A stretch of 63,972 nucleotides of DNA, counting the filler, from Phoronis australis (Eukaryota > Animalia > Phoronida): the NCBI GenBank assembly GCA_002633005.1. It is 7 parts of 7 records of this genome, joined end to end, with 100 filler letters (N's around TTAATTAATTAA, not from the genome) between each part and the next. Parts side by side here need not be neighbours in the genome. Positions count along the whole stretch, not along the records: positions 31,893 to 49,239 come from NMRA01000345.1; positions 49,340 to 53,789 come from NMRA01002587.1; 5 more parts are not named here. One strand, 5' to 3'. This document shows, one piece after another, positions 39,195 through 53,214 of the stretch. Below the pieces are notes generated by a model, which saw only the letters and a program-made list of their open reading frames with translations, had not been told where the DNA came from and ran no database searches. Position numbers and translations under genes: made by a program. Within the stretch, counting starts at the first letter, position 1, and every line of letters begins with the position of its first letter.

Positions 39195-41174
39195 CAGGGC
39201 TCGACGCTATTAAAATCGCCAGGTCGCATTTTGCGACCTAGCCAGAATCCCAGGTCGCATTTCCAAAATCCAGCTCGCATTCATAAATACCAGGTCGCAA
39301 AATTTTCCCGGCGCGCCAAAATTGGTTTTAGATCATCGAGAAAATGTTTAGATTATGCTCTTTCCTGCCGCGTTAAATACTCACAAATTTCAGATCCCAA
39401 AACTGACTTCGTTTATGCAGGTACGGCGTTACTGTTCTTTGCGACCGCCAGAGCGCAAGTCAAGTTCCCGACGTGAAAGTTGAATTAGTGCTCTCTAACT
39501 GACACGTGCATTCGAGTAGCTAAGTTTGCGACTTGAAAAGGGAGAAAATGCCCGTTGAAAAAGTATCCGGGATTTTGCTGGGTCTGACCTGCTACTGTCT
39601 GTCATCAAAGTCATTAAAGATTCAAACTAACTCCGAGGGCAAATTCCCTCCGCATTTTGTTCGAAGCCCAAATTTTGCAACTTAACCCCTTTTTTGAAAA
39701 ACGTCTGTCGAAAAAAATCCGTGAAACGATGCTTTAACCGAATAAACAATTCAGTGCAAATTTCACAACAAAAATGTGGTACTTATGCTGTTTACGTACT
39801 CAACAATTAGTTTTCCATGAAGTAAATAGCCTCCAAATAATTCCCGACTCCCTCTGTGCGAGTTTCCATCTGGTAATGGCAAGTTTGCTCAATACCTTCC
39901 AGGTANNNNNNNNNNNNNNNNNNNNNNNNNNNNNNNNNNNNNNNNNNNNNNNNNNNNNNNNNNNNNNNNNNNNNNNNNNNNNNNNNNNNNNNNNNNNNNN
40001 NNNNNNNNNNNNNNNNNNNNNNNNNNNNNNNNNNNNNNNNNNNNNNNNNNNNNNNNNNNNNNNNNNNNNNNNNNNNNNNNNNNNNNNNNNNNNNNNNNNN
40101 NNNNNNNNNNNNNNNNNNNNNNNNNNNNNNNNNNNNNNNCATCGACCTCGAGAAACATCGGAACTGGAAAATATCAGTTCTGAGTTACATCCGTCCCGGG
40201 GAATATCGTAAAGCATCAGGTCTTTTATAACCGCCGGAAATCTATGAGTTGATTTTCAAATAAACCATTGGCACCCGGGTGCTTAACAGAGCCAAGCCGG
40301 TATACTCTTTCATTTAGGACTGCCGCTGTTCTCCTTTGATGTGCAGATTTGAAACGGTGCGCACGCGCGAGTTCACGCACTTGAATTGCTGGAATAGGCC
40401 TACACTTTACGTTGGCAACTACGTGTCAAAAAAATCATATTTCGCGCAAGTAGCCCCAGAAACAAGTAATGGTGTTTTGAGAATTTCTTGGCAACTGAAA
40501 GAAAAGATGTGATCGTCGTTTGGGTATTAATAGGTTGTCATTTTCACTTTGGCGTCTTATGGGATAAAAACGAGGTGCACATATCTAATATAAGTCACGA
40601 TTGTCTTGCCAGGACCGCTTGCACGCTAAAAACGGGACCGATCAGTGCCGCAGTGCGATGAGGGATATTGTCATGGATATTTGGTAAATGTAATAAGGAC
40701 ATCTTAAGCGAAAAACAAACATATTTGTCCACCACATAGTTTGATAAGTTGATCGCTTAACAATTAATAGAAACACTGCTGTTTTGTGAGGTTTTATCAC
40801 GTGTTATGTGGCCCGAAACTTTCTTCGGCAAATCCGGAAATTTGCAAAAGTGGCCGAAAATGTTAGCCAATGAAACGCGTCAAAGATCGATTCTGCATAT
40901 TCCACTTGCTTACAAGTCATCAGGAGGGCTGTTCTCAGTTAGTGGTCTTTTGAACTTGGATTTGGCAACAACCAAGTAATGGTCGGATTAACAATAGTTG
41001 CTTTATATTTGCCAGGTGTCTCTAGTAGTCCCGAGAAGTGTAAAAACTCAGCTCGCATTCGTTGGAAATTCCAGGTCGCATTTTGCGACTTGATACGAGC
41101 TGACAAAAATCTCAGCTCGCATTTCCAAATTTCAGGTCGCAAATGCGACCTGCAGCTCGTTATGTCGAGCCCTG
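39195..41174. mobile_element. Non-autonomous hAT-like DNA transposon with 5-bp TSD (spans N gap 39906-40139)
   Basis: 11-bp TIRs CAGGGCTCGAC...GTCGAGCCCTG, GCATG on both flanks (39190-39194, 41175-41179), and subterminal arrays of cag(g/c)tcgcatt at both ends. Confidence 0.85.
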
Positions 41175-41254
41175 GCATGAAACCCGTGACTTGGTTAATT
41201 TTAAGTAATTCTGAAACAGATTTTCTCAACTTACTAGAATTGTTGATCTTAAAT

Positions 41255-41618
41255 CTGAAACGCACCCATTAAAAATAAAATGTTGTCTCATGCAAAAGAT
41301 GCACTCCAGTGTTTACATTTCTAATGTTTACTGCAAAAATTCCAATTTTTTAACAAAATTGGCAATTTATGTCTCTATGCATGCAACATAATAAATTTTG
41401 GATATTTGATTACAACCACAGTGGCAGTATATGGCCAAAGCTATCTTGGCGTCTAGCGTTCAGTGCTCTGTTACCAAAAAACCCCTTAACTCACCCTTGT
41501 GAGAATGGGCAAGGGGTTTCTACAAAGGTGACTTCAGATGACAATGACTTTTGAATCTATCGGACTACTCTTCTGCCCCCTTGTTTTTGTTTCCCTCTGT
41601 ATATTCGGTGTTCATCAA
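41255..41618 (+). repeat. Dispersed local repeat C (second copy 48522-48882)
   Basis: tctgaaacgcacccattaaaaat...tttccctctgtatattcggtg(t/c)tcatcaat is colinear in both copies. Confidence 0.85.
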
Positions 41619-41622
41619 TTGA

Positions 41623-43409
41623 TTTTTAAGCGCCCACATATTTACATTTGGACGCATTATGCCGTCATCTCCGTCCTGGCGGCGTCCACCGTCCGCTGCT
41701 CAATCTCCAAAACCGATTGAGGTATGTTAATGAAACTTTGCACGTGTGTTTCTTTCATGGATGGGACGGCATGAGCGAACTTTTGGACGGATCCGACTAC
41801 CGGTGTGCTCCCTAGTGGCAATTTTAGTTTTTTACGTTTACCTCAGTATCTTCAAAGGTCCTCTACATATTTTCTCAAAATTTGGTATTTAGGCATCTAT
41901 TGGTGAGGCGATGGTAACCTCCCATTTTCGGATGGATATGACGTAGTGTGCACCACCTAGAGGCCATTTTTACTGTTTTCGTGTCTGCTTTTTAGCGTCC
42001 ACCTCTCTATAACCCAAACTGCTCTAAATATGATTGTGAAAATTGGCATGTATGTTCTTATTATAAAGGTGACGGTTGACGATGATTTTTCGACGACTGT
42101 GGCGCCTCCTAGTGACGGTTTTTTGGCGCCTCTTAGTGGCAGTTTTTTTTTCGCCTATGGCTATATCTCCTCAAGCATTTATAGAATTTTTGCTAAATTT
42201 AATTAGTTCATTTATATGATGATGACAAGGGACGACTCAGACTTTCAGACAGATCTGACTACTGGTGTGCCACCTAGTGGCAATTTTATTTTTTTTTATT
42301 TATCTCTGTATCTTCAAAGGTCCTAAACGTATTTTCATAAAATTTGGCATATAAGCATCTATTAGTGTAATGACGCTGTCCTCCCGTTTTCGAATGGATT
42401 CGACGTAGTTAGCGCCACCTAGTGGCAAATTTTGCTGTTTTAGAGTCTGTTTTTTGGCGTCCACCCTTCTATCCACCAAACCACTCTAAGGATGATTGTG
42501 AAAATTGGCATTATGTTTTTATTATGAAAAGGAGGGCTGACGATGATTTTCCGTCGATTTCGACTAGTGGTGCCTCCTAGTGGCAGTTTTGTCACTTTTT
42601 GCGCCCTTGGCTGTATCTCCTAAACCGTTGCCAGGATCTCTACTAAATTTTGCAAGTGTATTTATATGATGTTGACAATGGATGACGGCGACTTTCGAAT
42701 GGATCTGACTACCGGTGTGCCCCCTAGTGGCAATTTAATTTTTTACATTTACATCTGGATCTTCAAATCCTTAACGTATTTTCATTCATAAAATTTGAAA
42801 TGTAAACACCTATTAGTGAAATGAAGCTGTCCTCCCACTTTCGGTTGGATTTGATGTAGTTTGCGCCGCCTAGTGGCCATTTTTACTGTTTTTCAGTCTG
42901 TTTTTTGGCGTTCACCCCTCTATCAATCAAACCGCTCTAAGGATGATTGTGAAAATTGGCATGTATGTTCTTACTACGAAGCTGTCGATGATTTTCCAAT
43001 GACTTCGACTACCATGGCGCCTCCTAGTGGCAGTTTTGTTTTGCTTTGTGCCCATAGCTGCATCTCTTAATCTCACTGCAGGATCTTTATTAAATTTATT
43101 AATTGTATTTAGATGAAGCTAACTACAGATAACGACGTCTTTCAGGCGGATCCAATGAAGGCTGTGTCCCATAGTGGCAATTTCATTTTTTTGTTTTCCT
43201 TTGTTTCTCTGAAGTTCCTTGAGAGATTTTTGTGAAATTTGGTAAATAACTTTCTATTAAAGAAGCGATGGCATGTTCCCATTTTCAGACGGATTGGATG
43301 TTTTTTCGCCCTCTGGTGGCTATTTTTATGAAACGAATAAACAATCCTCGAAGCACTCCGTTTGCGGTGCATTCGTGGGCGCATTTCAACGCTCTGCGTT
43401 GCTCTTGTT
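41623..43409 (+). mobile_element. HINE/pearl-like element, copy 2 (full length, about 1.8 kb)
   Basis: ttttta(a)gcgcccacatatttacatttggacgcattatgccgtcatctccgtc...gggcgcatttcaacgctctgcgttgctcttgtt, with about 11 internal ~150-bp subunits. Confidence 0.85.
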
Positions 43410-46400
43410 ATGAAATTCTGCAAACGGATTGGTGCTAAGGAGACGAACTTTTTTGCCCTTGCTTTTTGAACAGGGTCGACACATTTTGCCCCACCTATTG
43501 GCTATTTTTTTGTTATTTTGTGTCTTTGGTGTCTGCCTCTTTATATGCAAAACTGCATGTTCCTTGTGAGAAAGGCATGGCTTTTATTGATTTTCATATG
43601 GTTCTAGAGCTGTTTTGTCGAATAATGGGAATTTTATTTATTGTTTCTGAAGCAAAGGCGCATCTCTAATCCTTTGCAGGATCTTTGTAAAATTGTGGCA
43701 AGTTTTCTTATGATTGTGACAATGACTGACAATGGCAAATGGACTTCTATTGTGGAGACGACTGCACCTTTCCATTTGGGGATGGATCTGATGTTAGCTG
43801 AAGTCCAATTTTTATCATTTTTAGTCTAGTTTTTGTCATCTGTCTTGGCAGCTGTTCAGATGACGATCATTACAAATGGCAGGTATAGCATGTTACTTCG
43901 AAAAGCATTGACAAATTTTTAGATGTGTCCATCCACTGAAGTGTTTCCTTGTGTGATTTTTGGATCTGTGACCTTCTCTAAACCTTTGACAAGTGCAGTC
44001 CATTAACCACTTACCCTCTTATGGAGTATGATTTTTTACGTATGCTTCTGTATCATTTTAATTCCTTGACAAATTTTCGTGAAATCAACATTTTCTGCGC
44101 CACATTTTGTCCATTTTTATGGTGCTAGTTTAGTGTTAATTCCCTTAAAAACATACTCTTCGCTGTATACTTGTCGTGGTTGGATTCTATGCTTTGTGTT
44201 GCTCTTTTATGTAATGTGAGCAACAGCGTTTAAATCTGCCTGGTAGAATACCCGAGACAACAATATCTATCGATACTAACACAATTTAAATTGAACTTTA
44301 AAAGCGGGAACTCTATGCACTTGAAAGTGCACTTATTAAGAATGTGGTGTAAAGTGTAAAAACAGACTTAACACTTGTGAGAAATGGCTTTTTTGCTGAT
44401 ACATAAAGTTTTGGAACATGGAGGCATTTTCATTATTCAGCCAGTTGAGCATGAAACAATTTTTGATTCATTGTGTTGTTTTGAGATTTTCTTGCCGAAA
44501 AATAATGAGGCTATTCTTGTATACATTTGCACCACATAACCACGTGATTTTAAGTTTTCAGTATAGCTGCAGGTAAGTTATAAACAATTTTTTTATTTAT
44601 TTGGCTTGTGATGTATAAATATATGTATATGTATATATATACTATGTTTGAGTATGTCATCTCGTAGTCACTCTGGAATGTTTTTAATTGTTTTCTTTTA
44701 GTCTTTGATTTAATTTATGTATTTTTATATCTTAGTGACATTTTGTTGGATTGTAAATATGTTAGTTTGGTAGTCTTGAGAATCAACCTCTCCCGAATCG
44801 CTCACTGTGACTGTCAGTTACACAATTTGTGGATCCCCAGGGGCCAATTCAAAAAACTTTCATCTGAGGCACTTAAATGATTGACATAAAAATCACGCAA
44901 ATTGTGTGGTCATTCAGTAACTTGAGGACAGTTGTTTTGGTTGGAATCAGAAACAGGATGGCGCTGCGGCAGTCATTTTTGGTTTTTCAATTGCTGCCTG
45001 TGCCTGTCTTAACTGATTTCATGGTCCTGCAGTGTAGACATGGTATTTATAATTCATTGTTTGGTTCTTAATTTGATTTCCCCAACTGTAAGAAACCACA
45101 TTCATGTTTTTGTTTGTTTATGCTGTATTATTTATTCAACATTCATATGAGTTGCTTTTATTTAGACAAGCATTATTTTATAATCTGTGACATTACTCAA
45201 CATTTTGTACATGATTTATTGGCAAAAAGATAAAAAACTTAATAACCACATGACCTTATCATTTGTGTTCAGGCATTCTCCACTTTGATGTTGTCTAGGT
45301 GTGATTTGTTTTTTGTTTGTTTTTTTACTGTGTCATTTATTTAATATTTTCGTGGAATGCTTTGAGCAAAGCAATATTTTATAATCTTAGACATTTTGTT
45401 CATGTCTCACTGAGACAAAACTGATAATTGGCCTTATGTCCAAAATAATGCTATGACCTTATATTCTAGTCATTTCCTTCTCAGAAACCCAAGAAATGTT
45501 CCGTTTATCGACCATTTGTGTCGCTTTCTGAAAGGGGCCTTGAAAATATTATTATACTAGGCAAGTAAACATACAGGCAGATGTTGGTCATACTGGACAG
45601 CGGGGTCCGCGCTTACCGTGAACCGCTGCGGTCCCCATGGCCATGCAGATGTCCGACGAACTGCCTGTTCACCAGCGGTCAACTGAGAGTGCGGGGTCGC
45701 GATACTGACTCTATAGTTGTGTCCCCGGGTATCTGTGAAAAAATTCTTCTAAGTCCCCAGAAATGTGTCGTTTACTGGCCATTTGAGTCGCTTTCAGAAA
45801 TTTGTCGGTTTTGGTAATTTGTGTCATTTTCTGAAAGGTACAACCCTGGTGGCGAAATCGATTTTAGTCATCAGGGAGCATACGCCAGGTCTTGAGTTGA
45901 TGGTCTGCTCCGACTCGGCTCTTCGCTGGGGTTATCGTCACAGTCCCTGCCTTGGTAGACGTGTCCCTGCATGTGTATCTGTTTGAATGCCGCGGTCCTC
46001 ATATGGCTATATCGGTGCCGGCCCGCAGTCTTTTTACTGGCTAGTGGTAGACGGGGAGCCTATCGGTACTTCCCGATGCAGTCCGTAACCCCCAGATTGT
46101 CGGGGGACTGATTTGAGGTTTGCGCACCCGTTGTTGCGTGTGGAGGCTGCGCGACGATCAGGAAGTGTCGGCGGGTTTCTCTCACGAAATGTGTCGATTT
46201 TAAAACGCATGTTTGCACTTTACCCTATATCGGGCCACTGTTGCGCGGTATATTGCGTATGGAAAGTCTGAATGGCCATTAGTGATTAGGCCCTCTTCCA
46301 ACTTGTGATTGTCGCAAACCCTTCAATTACAGTATACGTATGGTTCTTTCCATTCCCTATCAAAATGTTCATGCTGAAAGTATCGGAATGTCGGGACTTT

Positions 46401-49400
46401 TTCGTTAAAGTTGTGATTTCTAGACATGGAAAGAACTGCAGGTACGATAATTACAAAAGTCCGGATTCAACAAGTGGGCTTGTCATGGCTGGTCATTTTA
46501 TGTGTTGAACATAGTCTCTTGTATATGTGAACTCTCAGCTATAGTTCTTTCTAAGCCCTATAGTCACTTCTCATCTGAGTACAAGCAACTTTATGGTGGC
46601 CAGAGTTTCTTTAAAGGGACTAGAGTTGAAAGAAGCCACATTTATTTTCCACAAACAAACAAAAAGTACAATGCCCGTCCTTTATTTTTCCTCTCTCCTA
46701 TGTTATCTTTTGTCAGTGTTTAATTTACGTGTGTGCAGAAAAGCTTTCATCAAATAAGGTCATAACTTGCCCTTTTCGACTTATTTTCTAATTACCAGTA
46801 AGTAAGTGGCCACTCCAGCCACGGTAAGTGACTATGTGCCAGTCGGTCTTATCTTATTGTGACACATCTCTTGTACAAAAAATATTAGGTATCCTTTCTG
46901 CAATTTTCTTACCATTTTTGTCCTCTTTTGATGTATGAGGTTGTTGAAGATCTCTGTTATTTTCGTTATTTTTCTCCATTATCGTCTTAGGTTGGTACAT
47001 GCTTTCCTCGCAGTTCCCCTGTTCTAGTTCACAGAAGACTCATTCCTAGACTCATTCCTAGACTCGTTCCCGCCACTAATGGTGATTGGTCGGAGACTGT
47101 GGGAAATCTATTTTCCCCACCAATCGTTTCTTCAGCTCCTTGACCTCTGTGAACTTTGTGTTTATCTAGCCTTTACCCTGGCTGAGTACTCAAGGTGGTA
47201 GTAGTATGTGTAAGTACGGTATTCATATTGTGGTAGCTAGGACATGATTACTCCCTTGTAGTACTGTAGTTACAACCACCTGGTTGAAATTTTAGTGCCA
47301 ATGGTCACAAATACTCACACAATGCTACAGGAAGTGATACAGCAATTTAAAAATAGAAAGGATGATTGCTTAAATACAAAGTACCATAAAACATATTCCA
47401 TTCCTCCAGTGCTATGAATTAAAGGGCTTACACTTCTGTCTAACATTAGTTGTGTAAAATAAGTGTTTATGTTGGAATGGGAGCTTATAAGCATATGCAT
47501 CATAAGTCTTTGTGCTCATGTGGTGTTGTGTAGGTGTGATTTGTTTTTTTGTTTTATACTGTATCATTTATTTGTTTGGTGGAATGCTTTGAGCCAAGCA
47601 ATAAGTATAATCTTAGCCATTACTTAACATTTTGTTCTTGACTGATAGGGAAAAACTGATCGTTGGCCTTACGTCCAAAATAACATGACCTTCTGTTCTA
47701 GGTCATTTGGATCTTAGAAACCCGTATTATTTGGCCTATAAGACTACAGTTGCCTTATATTCACCGCGTAAGACAATTTTGAGAGTCACCGGGTACTGTA
47801 TCATTCCAGGAATGAGCAAAGATATCTTAAAAATGTCCATCGCTGATAAAACAGTGGGCAAGGATGCTTCAACTAAATTATCTGATAATTTTATTATTCA
47901 TACACAGACTGTAAACTTAAAATTACAAAAAAGAAGAATATTGAAAGACCACAAATAACAGTGTTTATATCAATAACATTAGGATGTTATGAGGACAACT
48001 GTGAGGTTGTTCCAGACAATTGATGAATGAATGGCCCATGTGGATGGTGAAATCTTTCTGTCCTCTCCATGTGGCAACAGCTTGCAACCGCATGCATTTA
48101 CCGTTCGCCAGTGTCTGGTCTCGATCCGCAACGGGTCCGATAGGCTGCGGCCCCAAGTCAGGCAAAATAATTTCTGTTAAAATTTATTCGCCACATTTCA
48201 TCAGTAAATTTGATAAAATTGTCTGTATTTTGATTTTATGAAAATTAAGGCGCGCTGTCGATTATTTATCCCCGTTTGCAGGCTGGTAACAGGCACTGCT
48301 CTGGTCGCACTGACGGCTTTTTCCTGAATGAATTGTACTTCTGGGTTCGCGGCAAGTTCAAAATGGCGGTGGTTCTTCGGGTGCGAATCATGAGTGGCGC
48401 GTTCATTTAAACTTTTCGAGTATGGATTGTGTATTAGTTATGGGGTAGGTACTTCTTGGATCCTTATAACGTCCTCTAACCATGTAATAAGGGTTAACAA
48501 CGGGTGTGACCAGGTCTTTAAATCTGAAACGCACCCATTAAAAATGCATTCTCATGCAAAACATGCACTCCAGTGTTGACATTTCTTATGTTTACTGCAA
48601 AAATTCTAATCATTTGAGCAAAATGTCACTATGTACGCAAATAAATTTTGAATGTTTGATTATAACCACAGTGGCAGTATTATAGGTATGGCCAAAGCTG
48701 TTTGGGCGTCTTGCGGTCTAACGTTCACTTCTGTGTTGCCTAAAACCCCCTGCCCGATCCTAATGAGACTGGGCAGATGTGATTCTATAACTGTGAAAAC
48801 ATATGACAACGAATTTTGAATCGATCCGACTACTCCTCTGCTCCCTAGTTTGTGTTTCCCTCTGTATATTCGGTGCTCATCAATAGCGGAGTTGCAACCG
48901 AATCGATTTAACGATTGCGCATGTCCGGAAATTAGGGTGCGCAAAGGCTACTGGGATTGTTGATGGTAAACGGGATGACCGACTGGTTTGCACGACGTGT
49001 AATTTGTGTGCATTAAACTACGCTGCTGTATGTAATTCTGCCGCTATTCGCCCTAATTAGCGCCCATGGCTCAACAAGTGCCCCAACGCGTTTTCAGACT
49101 TTGCTAAAGTAAGCGCCCAGCCCATGAACTACATGCGAAAAATGCCCTTACCTACAGTTCTAACGTCTCCAATTTATCAATTGAAAGATCCGACAGCCTG
49201 AATTTGTAACGGACCACGAGCCTCACCGTTATGTCCGTANNNNNNNNNNNNNNNNNNNNNNNNNNNNNNNNNNNNNNNNNNNNTTAATTAATTAANNNNN
49301 NNNNNNNNNNNNNNNNNNNNNNNNNNNNNNNNNNNNNNNCCCATAGCACAACACATCTACAAATTTATTCAAAAGAACTGCCAACATGAAAACGTTAACA

Positions 49401-49617
49401 AAATCTCAGACACTTAATTACAAAACTTGGCAAAAATTTCGAAACAAAAATTCTTGGATTACATTACTGTAATTTTACACCAGATGTCCTTTTAAGTTTT
49501 TGGCATAACTCCTACAAAAATAAACAAGACTCACGAACACTCAGCCATTTTCAAAACATTACTACAATACCTCTAAGGACATAACAACGTTACAGTTTTG
49601 CGTTGATAATAAAATAC

Positions 49618-52600
49618 CTCGAGTATATAGATGATGTCATGAGGAAGCTGATTGTGGAACACAACCGTGGGCCGCAGGTGAATGGTATATGACTTGGACA
49701 TCAGTTGATTACTGTTCTCGTGTAAGATGTCTTGCACTTCAGGAAAGATCTGAAACACGATAGTTCAGCAAATGATGAGAACAGTGCACCGCAACGTAAA
49801 GCAATTTTACAACCAAAGGCCAAGAATCCAGATTCAGCATATTATGCAAACAATTAAATTTCAGAAACACAAAATGTGTTACTATAAAACTCATACCCAA
49901 GATGCTCACGTAAATGGAGTCAAGTTAAATACAGCAAAAAGTGGCCTTCAAACTTAAATTAAAAACACTGAATTTTTCAATTTGGGCAGTTGACAGATGC
50001 CCCTTTTTAGCAAATAGAGAATTAGCATTTTGCAAGAGACACAAAATGTGCCTTGTTCATCAGCACCCATGAGCTGTCAGTGCTAGAAAGCATTGCTCCT
50101 TCCACACATCCAATTATAACTCCACGTATACCATGCTTGGGCAAAATACAAAACAACTCCAGTTCATTTGTAAAAACGGGAGTTTCAAATGAAGATATGA
50201 ACACTTAAATTGTTTAATATTAAAAAGTAATTTCCTCCTTGCTTAAGGTTGCTGAATTCTTGTTTACCATTTTGATTGGTTTTGAATTGTTTGGAATCAG
50301 AACTAACCATTTTTTAAGAATCAAGCAATTAAGAACTTCAAACGACAAGTTTGAGGTAGAAAGGGATCGTAATACGATACATCTTGCAGCATCTGGTGGA
50401 AAAGGTGCTTCAATTTGGAATTTAAATGGCGTAACGGTGAAAATTTTCAACGAAAGAAAACGAGAGGGAAACCTTACTTCATTATTAGCAGTTTTGATTA
50501 TACAGCTATATCTTTGATTTTACTTTATTTCTGGTTTTGTTGATAAAGGAAGTTATTACATCTGAAAATTTCAAATTTCAGTTGATCCATTCTTGTTGTT
50601 TTATTTACTGAATTATATTCTTCATTTCATGAAACAATAGTATCCTTGGGAGGATCTGGATCGCCTTATTTAGTTTCAGATATATTTTCTACGTTAGCTA
50701 TCATCAACAAACACATGAAATTTTGGTCATTTTTTCAACATAGTGACCTTTTGAAAAATGGAAAAAACGAATTTGGCATTTGGTTTTGTTTGAATTTAGA
50801 AAACTTTACTGAAACTCACATTGAAGTAGAAGGGCGGGTGTCCAGACTCGGTCGCCTCACAGTGCAGAACACTTAAAGTACTTGGCTTCAAGTCCTCCCA
50901 CACTACACAACCATGTGACTCTTTGTACCTGGAAAAGAAATGAATTACAACAAAAATTCTCCAGTTTGGGACAATGAAAAATTAATTATCTTGCTCAAGA
51001 CGGAAGCTTAAGTTCAACAGACAATTAATGGTAATCCCGTATTCAAGAATGACAAGATGAATTTTGCAGCTATTTTCCATCATTTTAAGTTAGCCTTTGT
51101 TCATAAAAAATGCAGTGTCCGATATTTAAGACACATGATGAATACCAAAATTACTGTTGTCCCAATCTATCAGAATCAAGAAAATTTAATTTTGGCTCTA
51201 ACTTCAGTGTCCCAAATTTTGGAGGCTGTCCCAAACTGGAGAACATTTACCGTAAGGTATATAAATGCTATAGTCATTCGTTTGACAGACTATTGTGAGG
51301 TGGTGCATCCAGAGAATCATATATTGTAACAGCATTTCTCACTCTTCATCATTTAATTTATGTCTCATATTTTTATGATGTTAAGTCATAATTATCAGTT
51401 CTACTGCCAATAACATATTCACGCAGAGTCCGTATAAATTTATAACGTGCACACATCCAAAGATGTGATCTTATAGCACGAGTAGCTTAAGTCGTAATTT
51501 CAAACCTATTGGGACATATTTTTCTCTCTTTTAAATTTCATCGGTAGAGGTTCAGCAAAAGGTTAGTCCCTATTTACTCTCTTGTGAAAAATACCTTGTT
51601 TTAAAATGTCCAAATATTTCCATTTTAGTTCACACTAATGACTGTTTCTCACTCTTCTTTCATCACTCATATTTTGCAGTCACGATGTCAGATTTCAACT
51701 TACAAGTATCATGTTTTCATTTAATGAACAACTTGTTAAATATTAAGGTGTGGCAATTGTTCACCTTTAGTTCGGTGGAAATGTGACATTTCATTTTATC
51801 AAATTTCTCTACAAAAATAAAGATTAAGAAAATTTTAGTCAGTTGTTAGCTTGCTTCTACACCGATGTCATAAAACGACGTTTGGTAAAGTGTCCATTAC
51901 TTGCAGCATGACAATCAGCCTTTTGGAACGTGACAACTTTGGTCATTATTTTGTGCGAAATAACTGAAAAATTACAGTATTCATGTTTAGTTCAATTTCA
52001 CCTTTCTTCAGCTTGGCTCAGTTCACAGCATTTACCCACATCACTAGTGGGGATCAACCCAATGACTCACAATTTGCGACTCGAAATTTGGAAATGCGAG
52101 CTAAAAAATTGGCTAACTCACAAAAGTTGCGGGAGGGTCACTTGGGTCCTCCAACTCCTACGAACCGAGCCGCATCACCCAAAAATGCTTCAACAGAAAG
52201 TATGCATGCCGAAACACCAAAGAAATCACCTCGGCAGCATTTTTAGATTGTGCGATCAGAGGTCTGTGTGCAAGCTCAATTTTGGAATTGCAAGCTTGGA
52301 TTTTGGCCAGGTCGAGGGCGGAGATGTATTCGACTGATGACATTACAACGTCAAGAAAATGTATTTCTGCATTAAAAATCTTAAGGCACTTCTAGTGTTT
52401 ACATTCGGAATAACATAAGGACATGGAGAGAACATTTTAGAAAAACTCTGTGATCCCAGTGTTACTTACTTTTCCAGGGCTGGCTTGAAGAACAGCTGTT
52501 TCTCCTTGGCATACGCCACATCCAGCGGGAGACTGAAGGTTTGGTCCTTATCTATCTCACCACACTTGACCTTCTTGCCATTAAGCCTATACCACACCTC

Positions 52601-53214
52601 CACGCCAACCACAAAGTGATTCACGATCTTAACAAAAAAGCATCAGAAATTGTCAAGAAATTGTGTTTAAAAGAAACAAGATGTACTAAATGCACTACAC
52701 AAAATAGTTTGTTATGAAAAAATTATACTTTCCATAGTACTGTGGGCCATTGGCTTTAGTAGATGATAAATAAGACCTCATTTTAGTTTAGAAGTCAAAT
52801 GAATGGCTTTTTGTAGTATCAATTGCGCATTGATGGGGAAATTGAGCACAATAATGTAATTATTGTGCTCATACTTAGGCTCAACTACTCCGAAATTTTT
52901 TTACACCACTGCCAATTGAATATGTATTGCCCAACAACAATACGGAAACAATTTTATTAAAACCAAAACTGATGAAAGTTAAAGCTTTCCACAAACCATT
53001 CTGTCAAGATGTCACAGCTACGACATGCATCCAGCTCAGCTTTTATGCACAACTTTAACAGAGAAAGGGAACTCACCTGAACTGGAGACCGTAAAGTTAC
53101 TGCACGGTAGCCATAGAGAGCCTCTACTTGGCTGACAAATTCTCGCGAGCCATCAATAGCGAAGCAGCGCTTCTCGGCCTTGTGGATACTCAACTGACGT
53201 GTCACATCCCCTAT
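49618..53214 (-). CDS. VPS13: VPS13A/C-like lipid transfer protein, internal fragment (VAB/SHR-BD region), 4 exons
   Basis: Exons 53077-53214, 52470-52627, 50820-50928 and 49618-49749 splice in phase: ...YGYRAVTLRSPVQIVNHF...FSLPLD...LFFKP...YTIHLRPTVVFHNQLPHDIIY. These are typical VPS13 VAB repeat motifs. Confidence 0.85.
50948..51252. mobile_element. Tc1/mariner-type MITE (TA TSD)
   Basis: 26-bp TIRs with a perfect 17-bp core ttctccagtttgggaca / tgtcccaaactggagaa, flanked by TA at 50946-50947 and 51253-51254. Confidence 0.75.
52045..52320. mobile_element. Degenerate short relative of the 39195-41174 element
   Basis: atttgcgactcgaaatttggaaatgcgagct (about 52072-52102) matches the reverse complement of about 41114-41144. 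Confidence 0.5.

Noticed and set aside
39774-40216. ORFs of 89-145 aa
   Set aside because: Artefacts of translating through the N gap.
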